Origin: Deltaproteobacteria bacterium
GTDB taxonomy: Bacteria > Myxococcota > Kuafuiibacteriia > Kuafuiibacteriales > Kuafuiibacteriaceae
DNA: 64,000 bases
Assembly: GCA_040218735.1 (NCBI GenBank)
Contig: JAVJQW010000023.1
Coordinates: forward strand, 608,001 to 672,000
Direction: 5' to 3'
Shown here: positions 50,939 to 61,307 of the stretch, piece by piece
Layout: each line of letters begins with the position of its first letter
How positions within the stretch are numbered: the first letter of the stretch is position 1
Position numbers and translations under genes: made by a program
Notes under the pieces: model-generated
Seen by the model: only the letters and a program-made list of their open reading frames with translations
Told to the model about the DNA's origin: nothing
The model's database searches: none

Positions 50939-53464
50939 TCATCCAGACGGCCCTTGGCCTCGCGACGGCTCGAACTTCCAATAGAAGGTAACCATGTCAC
51001 GCATCCGACCCTTCGCGCGCCTTGAAACTTCGGCCGTAAGGCGATGGCGCTCATCTGAGTCGATGGCACTAACGTCTAGGTAGCTGTTGAGTATTGCGGC
51101 AGTCCGCCACATCTTCAGGCGCTCGTCCGGTTGAACTTGGAATCGGACAGAAAGTTCCTGATGAGCTAGTTCAAGACCAGTTTCCGTGTTGGCAAGCGCC
51201 TCAACCACCTGTGTCGGAGTGAGTTTCTGACGTTCTTCGCTACGAACCAGAGGCGCCAGGTGATGAAACTTGGATTGAAGCACCTTGTGGAGGGCATCCT
51301 TTACTGGATCCCTTTCCTTTCGATGGGTTTCTCCCGCGTCAATTGCCGCATGGTGAGCGCAAAGAACGAAGCAACCCCCCGTGCGAATCCTTCTTGAGAT
51401 CCAGATACCGAACTGCCGCAACTGCTCCTGATTCTGCAGTGCCTCCGGCATAACCAGATGACAGTACGCGAAATCAAACTGTGATTGACTCGCCGTCCCG
51501 AACATCTCAGCCGTCACAGGGATCGACGCGAGCATGAACTCAGCAGGTCCGGAAAGCTCGCGTCGAGCAGCCATCAGCATCTGGGGAGAGCTGTCGAGTA
51601 CCGTGATGTGCGCCGTCGGAAACCGCTCGCGAACTCGAGCGGCGATATGGCCGGTACCACCAGCCAGGTCGAGAATTCTGTTCCAGCTTGGACCATCACC
51701 AGCGACTTCCAGCAGCTTGTCGGCCGATGCTCTGTGCGCCTCACTCGACGCGCAGAACTCCCCCCAGTCCTTCGCGCTGTCATCCCAGGCACTAGGTGAG
51801 AATCCACCAAGCAGTCGAGCTTGCTGGATGACCCGGTCGTAAGATCGGCGAAACTCCTCTAGGACGAGCTTGGCGTTGGGATGCGACGCCTCGTCAACCT
51901 GAAGTTCATACATCAAGGCACCCCTTTCGACGGGAGACACGGCCGGAAGGTAGTTTACTAGATAGAGAATGGCGCTTGTTTCATCGCGTTCGAGTATACA
52001 ACCCCCAAAGTTCACGCGATGCGAAGCCTGAAAGAACCGCACCTCGGTCAATTGCGGCACTGCGCGACGAAAGTCTTGGTGGGTGAGCGTTCGAGCAAGT
52101 TCCTGCCTCGCCTTCTCAGCGCGGTCAGCGAAATCGGCGTGCCAGTATCCCCCATCGGACTCGGAGGCGAGAATTACGTCGATCTCCTCCCATTTTGCCG
52201 TCCGGTTGCTCCTAACACACCTCTCAAGGATCCTTCGTAGGTGAATAGGCAGGCTTCGTTGCGAAACACCGAGGAACGTTAGACGCCGATACTGGAGAAT
52301 ATGCTCTCCAAGCGGATCACCGCTTCCGATGTCTCCAACGAGCCACCTCCCCACACTATCCCGAGCGCCTGGCGCTCCCGTACTTGAAAGCTCAAGAGGC
52401 CTATCGCCGGCCGAGTCGTCTGCGGCGGCCGTACCATGAAGAGACTCCGCGATGATCCTCGTATGCGTATGCGGCATCTGATAGTGCTCGCCAAAGGGAG
52501 GCGTGCTCGTTTTGCTCTTCGCTAGCACCACATCCCACGCACTGAGTTGGCGCCGGAACCCCCTGCTTATCCTCGGCGTGACAGAGATCTGCGGTTTCGT
52601 CAGCGTTCGCCATAGAGCAGACACGAAGTCCTCTTCGCTGAATGAGGTCAGTCTTTCCCCGACCTCATACCGGCTTCGAGCGATCGGGTCGTCGCGAATC
52701 AACTTGTGGAGCGTCTCGACAGCAACAGTCCTGCTGCACTGGATTTTTCCGTTCTTGAGCTTTCTGACGTCCGAGTTAGAACGTACAACCTTGTCGCGAA
52801 TAAAGACCGCGGCGTCGTACAGATCATCCTCACTTACAGACGCTATTGACAGCTCACAGGCTTCATCTCCCTGCGTGGGCGCGCAGGGCTCTGACAGAAA
52901 CAGAATCTGGTTATCAAAGACGGACGTTAGGCGACTTAGGAAATGATGAAGTTCGAAGTTTGGGCTTCTTCGTGGGAGTTCATGAAGAACGCCAAGGAAG
53001 AGGCAGACCAAGCCTGTGTATCCAGCTGACTTTTGGTCCTCAAGGACCGTGACAACGTCTTCAAGTCGCTGGTGTGCATCACCCTGTATCACGCGCAGCT
53101 GGCCATCAAGTTCTTTGATTTCCGCTGCAGTGACTTGTCTTGCGCGCTCTGCTGCAAGATCGTCGACTTCGAGAAGCACCGCATTCTTCAGAGGGGTGGA
53201 TCTCGCGAGACCGAGCAGATCGCTACCGTCGGCCCCGCCAACGCTCAGAGCAACATAGCTCTCAAGGTTGAGGCGCGCACCCGCCTCCTCCTGTGCGAAG
53301 TACTCAATTACAAAATCCACCTTCTTCTCACCTTCTGACGAGAATGCTTCTGCATACTCAGCCGCTGCCGTTCGGCTGTCGCTTTCCGGGCGGAGAATCT
53401 GACCAAGGAACCTCTTGATCGCTCGCTGAGCAGGGGTGAGTCCGTCAGTCGTTGTTGGATCCAT
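50939..53464 (-). CDS. Multidomain protein with two class I SAM-methyltransferase-like domains around a central alpha/beta domain
   Basis: N-terminal LSVGGADG, LLEVD, IQGDA, GVLHEL; C-terminal ILDLAGGTG, VLDSSPQML, FDFAYC; visibly lower GC than the flanks. Confidence 0.75.
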   Translation of the reverse strand: MDPTTTDGLTPAQRAIKRFLGQILRPESDSRTAAAEYAEAFSSEGEKKVDFVIEYFAQEEAGARLNLESYVALSVGGADGSDLLGLARSTPLKNAVLLEVDDLAAERARQVTAAEIKELDGQLRVIQGDAHQRLEDVVTVLEDQKSAGYTGLVCLFLGVLHELPRRSPNFELHHFLSRLTSVFDNQILFLSEPCAPTQGDEACELSIASVSEDDLYDAAVFIRDKVVRSNSDVRKLKNGKIQCSRTVAVETLHKLIRDDPIARSRYEVGERLTSFSEEDFVSALWRTLTKPQISVTPRISRGFRRQLSAWDVVLAKSKTSTPPFGEHYQMPHTHTRIIAESLHGTAAADDSAGDRPLELSSTGAPGARDSVGRWLVGDIGSGDPLGEHILQYRRLTFLGVSQRSLPIHLRRILERCVRSNRTAKWEEIDVILASESDGGYWHADFADRAEKARQELARTLTHQDFRRAVPQLTEVRFFQASHRVNFGGCILERDETSAILYLVNYLPAVSPVERGALMYELQVDEASHPNAKLVLEEFRRSYDRVIQQARLLGGFSPSAWDDSAKDWGEFCASSEAHRASADKLLEVAGDGPSWNRILDLAGGTGHIAARVRERFPTAHITVLDSSPQMLMAARRELSGPAEFMLASIPVTAEMFGTASQSQFDFAYCHLVMPEALQNQEQLRQFGIWISRRIRTGGCFVLCAHHAAIDAGETHRKERDPVKDALHKVLQSKFHHLAPLVRSEERQKLTPTQVVEALANTETGLELAHQELSVRFQVQPDERLKMWRTAAILNSYLDVSAIDSDERHRLTAEVSRRAKGRMRDMVTFYWKFEPSRGQGPSG

Positions 53465-53653
53465 GCTGTGCCGAATTCCCTATACGCATTCTAAACCTAA
53501 GTGTCTATGGCATCGGTGATCTTTCCTTAGCTTCATCTGGTTTGAAGGCGCATTCTCGTTGCGGTACTGCATAGCGACGCAATGGATAGCAGAACCTGTT
53601 CGACTCTTACTAATGAGTCCGGATGCGTTCATGAGCACTCCAAACGACGTGCG

Positions 53654-55096
53654 TCAGATGACGATCGCCATGCCGGGGTCCACGCCGTCGAGCGCTTCGG
53701 ATCCCAGCATCGACTCGATCTTCGACTCGGGCCCGTCGACCTCCGCGAGGTTGCGGATGATGGTGCGGCGAACCTTGTCGCCCGACGCGTTGCGGACGAT
53801 CTTGATCCACGGCTTCTCGAACAGGTCCGGGTCGTTCGAGTTGTGGTAGACGACGCCGATCTCCCCGGACGCGAGCCGGACGACGCTGCCGAGCGGATAC
53901 ATGCCCATCAGGTTGACGAGCACCTTCACGACCAGCGGGTCGTACTTCGTGCCGGACTCCTGCATGAGGATCTTGAGCGCTTCGTCCGCCGTGAAACCTT
54001 CGCGCCAGGGGCGACGTGTGGTCAGCGCATCGAACGCGTCCGCGACGGCGACGATGCGCGAGAAGACGTGTTTCTGGCCGTACACCTGCGTCTCGGGATC
54101 GTAGTAGGGCCGGTGGTGCTCGTACGCGACGATCACCCGACGCATCATCGCTTCGTTCACCGCGCCCGCACCGATGATGGCGCGGATCTGCCGGACCATC
54201 GCGTCGCGGACCTCGTTGCGTTCGGCCTCCGTGAGCTCGCCTCCTCGCTCGGTGAGCTCGTTCGGGAGCATCGCGAATCCGATGTCCGCGAACATCGCCG
54301 CGGTGCCGAGGTCCACCAGCGCGAGGCGGTCGATCTCCAACGCACGGCCCAGGACGATCGCGAGCACACACGTGTTGGCGGCGTGGTTGTACGCGTACTC
54401 GTTCGCCTGTTTGATCGTCGCGAGCTTGAGGCTGAAGTTCACGCGCTCGGTGGCGACGTCGACGAGGTCCTGCACGATGCGGGTGATGTGCATCTTGCCG
54501 GCGAGCGGGTCGCGGCCGTCGCGGAGCGCGGCGACGAACTCACGAATGCAGACGATCGTCTTGGCGTAGGTCTGCAGCGCAAACGTCTTGCGGTCGATGC
54601 GCAGCGCCTTCTCTTCCTCGTTGCCGTCCGCGAAGTGACGCGGGTCCAGCAGCTCCAACGCGAGGTCGCGGAACTCCTCGAGCTTGCGGCGTAGCTCCTT
54701 GACGTCGGCCTCCGATTCGACCGGACGACTGAACACGACCAGAAAGTCACGCAGCGCCGCCGAGTCGACGGGGCGCGAGAACGCGAGCCCGCCGAGGCCG
54801 CGCGCCTCGAACTCGGCCTGGAGCGTCTTCACCTGCTTCGTCGTGCTGGGGTCCATCCGCAGCCGCATGTCGTTGAGGTAGATGACGGACTCGACGAACT
54901 GCAGCCGCACTTCGCCGTCGAGCGCAGCCCACAGCGTGTTGATCGTGTCCTTCAGCGACTCGGACGCGACGAGGAGCGCTTTGTTCGTCGGGTCGTGGAT
55001 GCGCATCGTGCGCAGCACCATGTGGAGCTGGAGCACGAGGCCCCGGCCGAGGCGTTGAAGCTGCGCGGTCGCCGCGAGTGATACGCCCTTGGCCAT
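53654..55096 (-). CDS. HD-GYP-like protein with degenerate HD motif
   Basis: NHAANT, MFADIG (HD changed to AD), YEHH, VADAFDALTTRRPWR, GMYPLGS. Confidence 0.85.
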   Translation of the reverse strand: MAKGVSLAATAQLQRLGRGLVLQLHMVLRTMRIHDPTNKALLVASESLKDTINTLWAALDGEVRLQFVESVIYLNDMRLRMDPSTTKQVKTLQAEFEARGLGGLAFSRPVDSAALRDFLVVFSRPVESEADVKELRRKLEEFRDLALELLDPRHFADGNEEEKALRIDRKTFALQTYAKTIVCIREFVAALRDGRDPLAGKMHITRIVQDLVDVATERVNFSLKLATIKQANEYAYNHAANTCVLAIVLGRALEIDRLALVDLGTAAMFADIGFAMLPNELTERGGELTEAERNEVRDAMVRQIRAIIGAGAVNEAMMRRVIVAYEHHRPYYDPETQVYGQKHVFSRIVAVADAFDALTTRRPWREGFTADEALKILMQESGTKYDPLVVKVLVNLMGMYPLGSVVRLASGEIGVVYHNSNDPDLFEKPWIKIVRNASGDKVRRTIIRNLAEVDGPESKIESMLGSEALDGVDPGMAIVI

Positions 55097-58000
55097 CAGT
55101 CGTCCTCCGTCCCGCCGGACTTCGTGTCGCTGTCGAGCACGAGATCATCGACCCACGGCAACACGGGCGGCGGCGCTGGCGTCGGGGGCGGCGCGCCCGA
55201 CCAGGTGTTGGAGCGCGGCGGCGGCACACCCGTTGGCGTCCCGTAGGGATCGCTGTCGACGGTCGGGATGTACGGCGCCGACATCGGGTCCGCCAGCCCG
55301 TCGTCGTCCGCATCGGGCGAAGCGACGGTCGGGGTGGGCGGCGGCGGCTCGCCCAGATCACTCGACGAGTGGGAGATATCACCCGTGACGGTGTCGGCCT
55401 GGAGCGGGGTCTCGCCCTCGCCCTGGGGCTCCGCGACGTCGCCGAACAGCGACGCGACCACCGCGTCCGCGGAGGGGATATCGTCCTCCGCTTGCGGCGG
55501 CGCGGTCGGCGCGGTCGGCGCGATGGGCTCCTCGCGACGGTCCGCGAGCTCGCCGATCGACAGGGCCATGGTCTCGGCCTCCGCCGGGGGTGCGGCCTGC
55601 GGCGGTGCTTCGCTGCTGCGGTCGGAGAGATCCTGCATCTGCAGCGTCATCTCCTGCTCCTCCGCCTCGTAGTCGGGCACCGACGCCATCGCCTCGCTGA
55701 CCCAGTCCGGGATGTCGCCGGACTCCCCGTCCTCGTCGAAGCCCGGCGCCTCACTCTCCGACTCGAGCCCCGGGAACGGCGTGTGCCCCGTGGGCGGCAC
55801 CGGCGGCGCGACGAGCGGCGGGGGCGAACGCGGGAACGACGGCATCACGTCTCGCGTCCCCGCGGCCGAAGGCGGGGACCACGACGACGTCTCGTCCTCC
55901 GACGGCGAAGCCGCCTGCGCCGGGAACGACGGCATCACGTCCCGCGTCCCCGCGGCGGAGGGAGGTGCGTTCTCCTCGCGCGGCGCCGGCATCCGCGGCG
56001 GAGGTGCGTCGCCGTACGAATGCGTCGCCGCCTCGATCTGTTCGGTCGCGTCGCGGTCGGGCGACGACGACCCCACCTCGACGCGTCCGCGCGGCGCGGG
56101 CGGGAGGTTGTCCGGGATGAGGTCCGGCGTCGGGTACGGCTGCATCACCGAGGCCACGACCGGGCCCTCCTGGTAGAGCGGCTGGTGCGCCGGCGCCTGC
56201 TTGTTCTCGGTCTCGAGGGTGGGATCGTACAGGTAGAACGGCGGCGCGTTCTCGAGGCTGTCCGCGTCGACCGACATCAGCGTCTGTGAAGGCGTCGGGT
56301 CCTCGAGGTCCTTCGTCGACTGGTTCGGGTCGGTCTTCGTCGCCGGGATGCCCGCGATCGCCGTGCGCGCGTTCGGGTCGGGGAGATCGCCGGTGGGGTT
56401 GGTCGGGCTCGTCGGGATCTTGGGGATCGCCGTCGTGTCCGCTTCCTTCTTGCCGTCGCGCGCGAGGCCGCGCTTGCACGCGTCGCGCACCTTCGAGTTG
56501 AGGCTGCGAGCCCCCTTCGAGAGCGCCTCCGCCCCGAGCGGTCCGAGTGACGCGAGCGCAAACGCCGCCGAGACCTGCGGCTCCGTGTTCTTGAGCGTCT
56601 TCAGGAATCCGGGGTTGAGGATCTGGTCGAGCAGCGGCACGGCCTCCCCTCGCGCGATCGCCGCGTAGGCCGCCATCGCCATGCGCAGCTCCCGCGGCTC
56701 CCGGTCGGTGAGGTCGTCGGCGGAGAGCATGTGGTGCAACGCGTCGCGCGCCGGCGCGGAGCGACGCGCCGCCGCGACGCGGATCGCGGAGAGGCGCACG
56801 TCGAGGTCGTCGTCGTGGATGCGCTCGACGATCAGCTGGTCGGCGAGGCCCCGCGCGTACCCGCGCAGCATCCCCACCGCGTACGCACGCACCTTGGGGT
56901 GGTTGTGCGCGAGGGACTGTTTGATCAGCACGCTGATCTTCTCGGGCGGGTGGTGCTGCGCCAGCCCGAGCACGTCGCGCACCACGAACCACTTCGCGCT
57001 CTCACACACGTCCATGAGCCGGGCGACGTCGGGGACGCCGAACTCGACGATCAGATCACACAGGAGGCGACGGTGCGTCGGCGACGTCACCATCTCGAGG
57101 TTGCCGATCAACGCGTTCGCGATCGGCGCGCCGAGCGCGCGCAGGAACGCGACCATGTCGGTGACGGAGGCCGACGTGTACCCGTCGTTCAGCGCGTTGA
57201 GCACCGGGAGCACCCGCGACTCGGCCGCGAAGAGCCGCACGAGGTGCCGGGCGATGTGGACCTCCTGCATGTTGTCGCTCTCGTCCGCGACACCCTTCAG
57301 GCGATCGATCAACGCGATGGCGTGTTGGTAGTCCTGCGCGAGGACCAGCGAGTCGAAGAGGCGTTGGAGGAGATCGATCGTCGCGCCCGACTCCTTCGAC
57401 GAGGTCTCCTTGAAGAGCATCCTCACGAGGATGTCGAGCATCTCGGAGGTGAGGCGGTCGCGGGTGTCGGCGTCGAGCGCGTCGTGCACCGCGTCGAGGT
57501 CGCGCTTGCCTATCTTGGCGATCGCGCGCGACGTCGCGTGGTCGAGCATGTCGAGGTCCTCCGCCGACTCCTGGCGGATGTCCTTGAGCGCTTCGAGATC
57601 TTCCTTGGTGATCGAGACGCCGGCGACGATGTCGTCGTCGTCCGCGGTCGTCTGGTAGATCGCCGCGACGATGCCTTCGATGTTCCCCTGGATGCGGTCG
57701 AGCTCCTCGCGGTCGAGCTCCGTGGCGACGCCCTTCTTCCCGGAGGTGATCGAGTCGATCGTGAGGTAGCGAAGGTGGGGGAGCGCCTCGCGCCACAGCG
57801 TGGTGACGAGGTCGTCGCCCATCGCGTTGTAGCCCTTGTAATCGGTCGTGACGGCCTTGAGCAGGCGGAGCATCTCGTCGCGCCCCATCCCGTGCACGAG
57901 CGTGATGCGACGGAACGCGTTCCGGTAGAACGTGAACGGCAGCCCTTCTTCGCGGTCCGAGTTGACGTGGACGGCGTCGCCGTTGTGGAGGATACGGTCC

Positions 58001-58227
58001 TCGCGGATGGAGAGGTGCAGCTCCGGGGTGCGTGTGAGGAGCTGTTCGAGGCCGAGGTGGGCGGTGTCGAGATACTTCTTCAGCATCTCGTTGTTCTCGG
58101 CGTAGACCCGCATGCCCTTTGCGGCTTTCGCAAAGTCTCGGATCCACGCCTCGACGGCCGAGGACAGCGGATCGCTGAACTCTTGGGCCCGGGGCGACGG
58201 ACCCGGCCCTGTCGGGTCCACCATCAT
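55096..58227 (-). CDS. HEAT-repeat protein with a long acidic/Pro-rich disordered tail
   Basis: WFVVRD, HPKVRAYA, DLDVRLSA; tail contains duplicated PSAAGTRDVMPSFP. Confidence 0.85.
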   Translation of the reverse strand: MMVDPTGPGPSPRAQEFSDPLSSAVEAWIRDFAKAAKGMRVYAENNEMLKKYLDTAHLGLEQLLTRTPELHLSIREDRILHNGDAVHVNSDREEGLPFTFYRNAFRRITLVHGMGRDEMLRLLKAVTTDYKGYNAMGDDLVTTLWREALPHLRYLTIDSITSGKKGVATELDREELDRIQGNIEGIVAAIYQTTADDDDIVAGVSITKEDLEALKDIRQESAEDLDMLDHATSRAIAKIGKRDLDAVHDALDADTRDRLTSEMLDILVRMLFKETSSKESGATIDLLQRLFDSLVLAQDYQHAIALIDRLKGVADESDNMQEVHIARHLVRLFAAESRVLPVLNALNDGYTSASVTDMVAFLRALGAPIANALIGNLEMVTSPTHRRLLCDLIVEFGVPDVARLMDVCESAKWFVVRDVLGLAQHHPPEKISVLIKQSLAHNHPKVRAYAVGMLRGYARGLADQLIVERIHDDDLDVRLSAIRVAAARRSAPARDALHHMLSADDLTDREPRELRMAMAAYAAIARGEAVPLLDQILNPGFLKTLKNTEPQVSAAFALASLGPLGAEALSKGARSLNSKVRDACKRGLARDGKKEADTTAIPKIPTSPTNPTGDLPDPNARTAIAGIPATKTDPNQSTKDLEDPTPSQTLMSVDADSLENAPPFYLYDPTLETENKQAPAHQPLYQEGPVVASVMQPYPTPDLIPDNLPPAPRGRVEVGSSSPDRDATEQIEAATHSYGDAPPPRMPAPREENAPPSAAGTRDVMPSFPAQAASPSEDETSSWSPPSAAGTRDVMPSFPRSPPPLVAPPVPPTGHTPFPGLESESEAPGFDEDGESGDIPDWVSEAMASVPDYEAEEQEMTLQMQDLSDRSSEAPPQAAPPAEAETMALSIGELADRREEPIAPTAPTAPPQAEDDIPSADAVVASLFGDVAEPQGEGETPLQADTVTGDISHSSSDLGEPPPPTPTVASPDADDDGLADPMSAPYIPTVDSDPYGTPTGVPPPRSNTWSGAPPPTPAPPPVLPWVDDLVLDSDTKSGGTEDD

Positions 58228-58256
58228 CGCGAGGATGTCCGGCCCCGGCCGCCGGG

Positions 58257-60197
58257 TCAACGATGGACGCGCGTGGGAGCCACGGCGCGCGGAAGTACCT
58301 GCCCGGCGAGGACGTCCTGAGCGCCGAGATAACGGCGAACCCAGTGTTCGAACATCGCGATCGACCAGAACACGGTCGCGTGGTTGCGGAGCCCGATCTG
58401 GTGCTCGTACCACATCCGGCGCAACCCTGGCGTATCCAGCAGGCCGCTCTGTCCGCCCGGGCGATCGAAGAAGAGCGCCTGCGTCGAGTCGAGGAGGTCA
58501 CCGCGGAACCACTCGGGGAGCGGGATCGTGAAACCCATCTTCTTGCGGTCGAGGATCGACGCCGGGAGCAGCTGCTCGGCGGCGGCCTTCAGGGCGATCT
58601 TGGTGCGGTCGCCCTCGAGTTTGTGTTTCGGCGGGAGACCGGCCGCGAGCTGCACCATGCGGTGGTCGAGCAGCGGGACACGAACCTCGAGCGCGTGCGC
58701 CATCGACGCGCGATCCACCTTCACCAAGATGTCGTCGCAGAGGTACATCTTCAGGTCGACGTACTGCAGCCGCGCGAGCGGATCCGAGGTGTTCGCGCGC
58801 GCGAGGTGCCGCTCGAAGTGGTGGTACGGGTCGTAGCCGTTCAGGCCGCCGAGGAAGTCGTTCGACAGGTACCGCGGGTACGTCTTCTGCGTGAGCGAGT
58901 AGAAGTACGCGCGTTCGTGGTCGACGGAGAGGTTCGTCAACGTGGCCTTCGCGCGGAGGAACCGCGGGAGGAAGTCGGCCTTCGGATAGGCGCGCGCGAG
59001 GGGCGCGACGACGTTCTCCCGGACGACGCCCGGCAGGCGATTGCGCACCGCGGCCTCGTACATTGCGAAGACGTAGCGGCGGTAACCGGCGAAGTTCTCG
59101 TCGCCGCCGTCTCCGGAGAGCGCCACCGTGACCTGGTCGCGGGTCGCTTCGCAGAGGTAGTACGTCGGGACCGCAGAGGAGTCGCCGAACGGTTCGTCAT
59201 AGAACCACGCGAGGTCCTCGACGATCGCGGCCGCGTCGGCGCGCACGAGGCGCTCGGTGTGCTCGGTCGCGTAGAGCTCGGCCGTCTCCTTCGCGTACCC
59301 GCGCTCGTCGTAGCCGGCCTCCGAGAAGCCGATGGTGTTCGTCTTCACCGGGCCTTCGAGCTGCTTCGCCATCTGCGCGACGACGAGGCTCGAGTCCACG
59401 CCACCGGAGAGGAACGCGCCGAGCGGGACGTCGGAGCGTAGGCGAAGGCGAACCGCGTCCGAGAGCTGCTCGAGCACCCGCGTCGCGCTGTCTTCGACGC
59501 GCCCCTCCGCAGCGGCCTGCGAGAAGTCGACATCCCAGTAGCGCGCGACCCGCACGTCGTCCGACGACAGGAACATCGAGTGTCCGGCCGGGAGCTTGTG
59601 GATGTTCTGCAGGATGGTCTGCGGTCCGGGGACGTAGTTGTACGCGAAGAAGTCGAGCGCGGCGTGCGGGTCGAGGAGCCGCGGGACCGTCGGGTCCGCG
59701 AGGATCGCCTTGATCTCCGACGCGAAGATCACGCGCTCGCCGTCGCGGTAGTAGTACAGCGGCTTCTTCCCCATCCGATCGCGGGCGAGGAAGATCGTGC
59801 GCGTCTTCTTGTCGAAGAGCGCGAAGGCGAACATTCCATTGAAGCGATCGACGCACGCGGCGCCCCACTCCCGGAACGCGCAGAGGATCACCTCGGTGTC
59901 GGAGCGCGTGCGGAAGCGGTGCCCCTTGGCCTCGAGCTGCTCCGCGAGCTCGCGGTAGTTGTAGATCTCACCGTTGAAGACGACCGCGACCCGCTCCTCG
60001 AGATCCCACATCGGCTGATGCCCGCCGGCGACGTCGATGATCGACAGGCGCCGGTGCCCGAGGCCGACGCCCCGCCCCGCCCACGCGCCGCCGTCATCGG
60101 GCCCGCGGTGTGCGATGGCGTCGGTCTGACGGACGAGGAGATCCACGTCCACGGGACGTTCGGGATCGAAGTGGAAGACGCCGACGATGCCGCACAT
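58257..60197 (-). CDS. asnB: Asparagine synthase (glutamine-hydrolysing) family amidotransferase
   Basis: MCGI, HRGPD, HRRLSIID, NGEIYN, LSGGVDSS, SGDGGDE, KVDRASM. Confidence 0.95.
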   Translation of the reverse strand: MCGIVGVFHFDPERPVDVDLLVRQTDAIAHRGPDDGGAWAGRGVGLGHRRLSIIDVAGGHQPMWDLEERVAVVFNGEIYNYRELAEQLEAKGHRFRTRSDTEVILCAFREWGAACVDRFNGMFAFALFDKKTRTIFLARDRMGKKPLYYYRDGERVIFASEIKAILADPTVPRLLDPHAALDFFAYNYVPGPQTILQNIHKLPAGHSMFLSSDDVRVARYWDVDFSQAAAEGRVEDSATRVLEQLSDAVRLRLRSDVPLGAFLSGGVDSSLVVAQMAKQLEGPVKTNTIGFSEAGYDERGYAKETAELYATEHTERLVRADAAAIVEDLAWFYDEPFGDSSAVPTYYLCEATRDQVTVALSGDGGDENFAGYRRYVFAMYEAAVRNRLPGVVRENVVAPLARAYPKADFLPRFLRAKATLTNLSVDHERAYFYSLTQKTYPRYLSNDFLGGLNGYDPYHHFERHLARANTSDPLARLQYVDLKMYLCDDILVKVDRASMAHALEVRVPLLDHRMVQLAAGLPPKHKLEGDRTKIALKAAAEQLLPASILDRKKMGFTIPLPEWFRGDLLDSTQALFFDRPGGQSGLLDTPGLRRMWYEHQIGLRNHATVFWSIAMFEHWVRRYLGAQDVLAGQVLPRAVAPTRVHR

Positions 60198-60200
60198 GGT

Positions 60201-61244
60201 TCAGGGGAGGCGCTTCGAGATGAACGGCCCGAACGCCTTGGTCAGGCCGACCGGGAGCCGCTTCCAGGTGTCGATCGCCTTGGCGTACTTCGGGTTCGTG
60301 GGGTTGAAGTTCGGGGGTTCGTCGATCGTGACGAGGTCGTACTGGTAGGCGAGCGGCTGCGGCTCCATGCCGAAGTGTTTCTTGAACTTGAACGCGCCCG
60401 TCCCGGCCTTGCTCCGGCCGAAGTCGAACACGCGGTAGCCGAGGTCGTAGCCGGTCTCGAGCATCGCCCAGTAGATGTAGTTGTTGACGCCGACGTCGCG
60501 CGCCTCGGGGAGCGTGCCCGCGAAGAACGGGAGCATCACGTCCTTGAAGTAGAAGTTCATCACGCAGCCGATGATTCGGCCGGTCTGCCGCACCGTCAGG
60601 AGGTCACAGCGATCGCCGAGCTCCTCGAGCGCCGCGACGAACAGCTCGCGAGGGAACATCGGCGTCCCGAGGTTCCTCAGCGAGAGCGCGTACAGATCGA
60701 TGAACGCGTCGAGGTCCTCGCGGTTGTAACGCGCTCGCAGCTTCGAACGCTCGGCCTCCCTCAGCACCGCGCGTGTCTTGCGAGGAATCGCCGACATCTG
60801 CTGGTCGCGATCCCCGAAGAGCTCCTGCCGGAACGTGAAGTACAGGTCGCCCTTCGTGTAGAGGTGCTCGAAGCGCTGCGTCTCGGACTTCAGCTCGACG
60901 TACGCGAGGCCTTCGCGCTCCGCCACCGCGTGTGCGCCGTCGAGCAGCATCCGGGCGATGGTGTCGTCGTCGGCGAGCACGCCGCCGCCGACGCCGACGG
61001 GCACCGAGACCAACGCGCGCGTGAACGGCTTGCCGCCCGACTCGTACGCAGGGAGGACGCCGACGATCGCGCCACCCCGTTCGACGTAGAGGAGGTGACT
61101 CGGCCGACCGTACGTCCGGCGCAAGACCCGACGCCACTCGACGAGGTGATAGAACGTGCCGTCGGGGTGGGACTCGACGTACCGGTTCCACCGCGGATCC
61201 TCGACGTCGTCGTCGAGCGCCCGGAGCACCAGCGGTTGCGCCAC
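60201..61244 (-). CDS. FemAB-like GNAT protein (exopolysaccharide-associated type)
   Basis: TFYH, LGTPMF, FDFGRSK, FKKHFG, NPTNPKY. Confidence 0.85.
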   Translation of the reverse strand: MAQPLVLRALDDDVEDPRWNRYVESHPDGTFYHLVEWRRVLRRTYGRPSHLLYVERGGAIVGVLPAYESGGKPFTRALVSVPVGVGGGVLADDDTIARMLLDGAHAVAEREGLAYVELKSETQRFEHLYTKGDLYFTFRQELFGDRDQQMSAIPRKTRAVLREAERSKLRARYNREDLDAFIDLYALSLRNLGTPMFPRELFVAALEELGDRCDLLTVRQTGRIIGCVMNFYFKDVMLPFFAGTLPEARDVGVNNYIYWAMLETGYDLGYRVFDFGRSKAGTGAFKFKKHFGMEPQPLAYQYDLVTIDEPPNFNPTNPKYAKAIDTWKRLPVGLTKAFGPFISKRLP

Positions 61245-61307
61245 GGCGACGTCATAACGTCGCGCGCGATCGGACGCAAACCTCGTTCGGCTCCGCGTCG
61301 ATGTTTC

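Noticed and set aside
53469-53490. GAATTCCCTATAC resembling an ISCR oriIS
   Set aside because: Lacks the upstream hairpin segment and GCGCTTG, and is explained as the RBS region of the minus-strand methyltransferase gene
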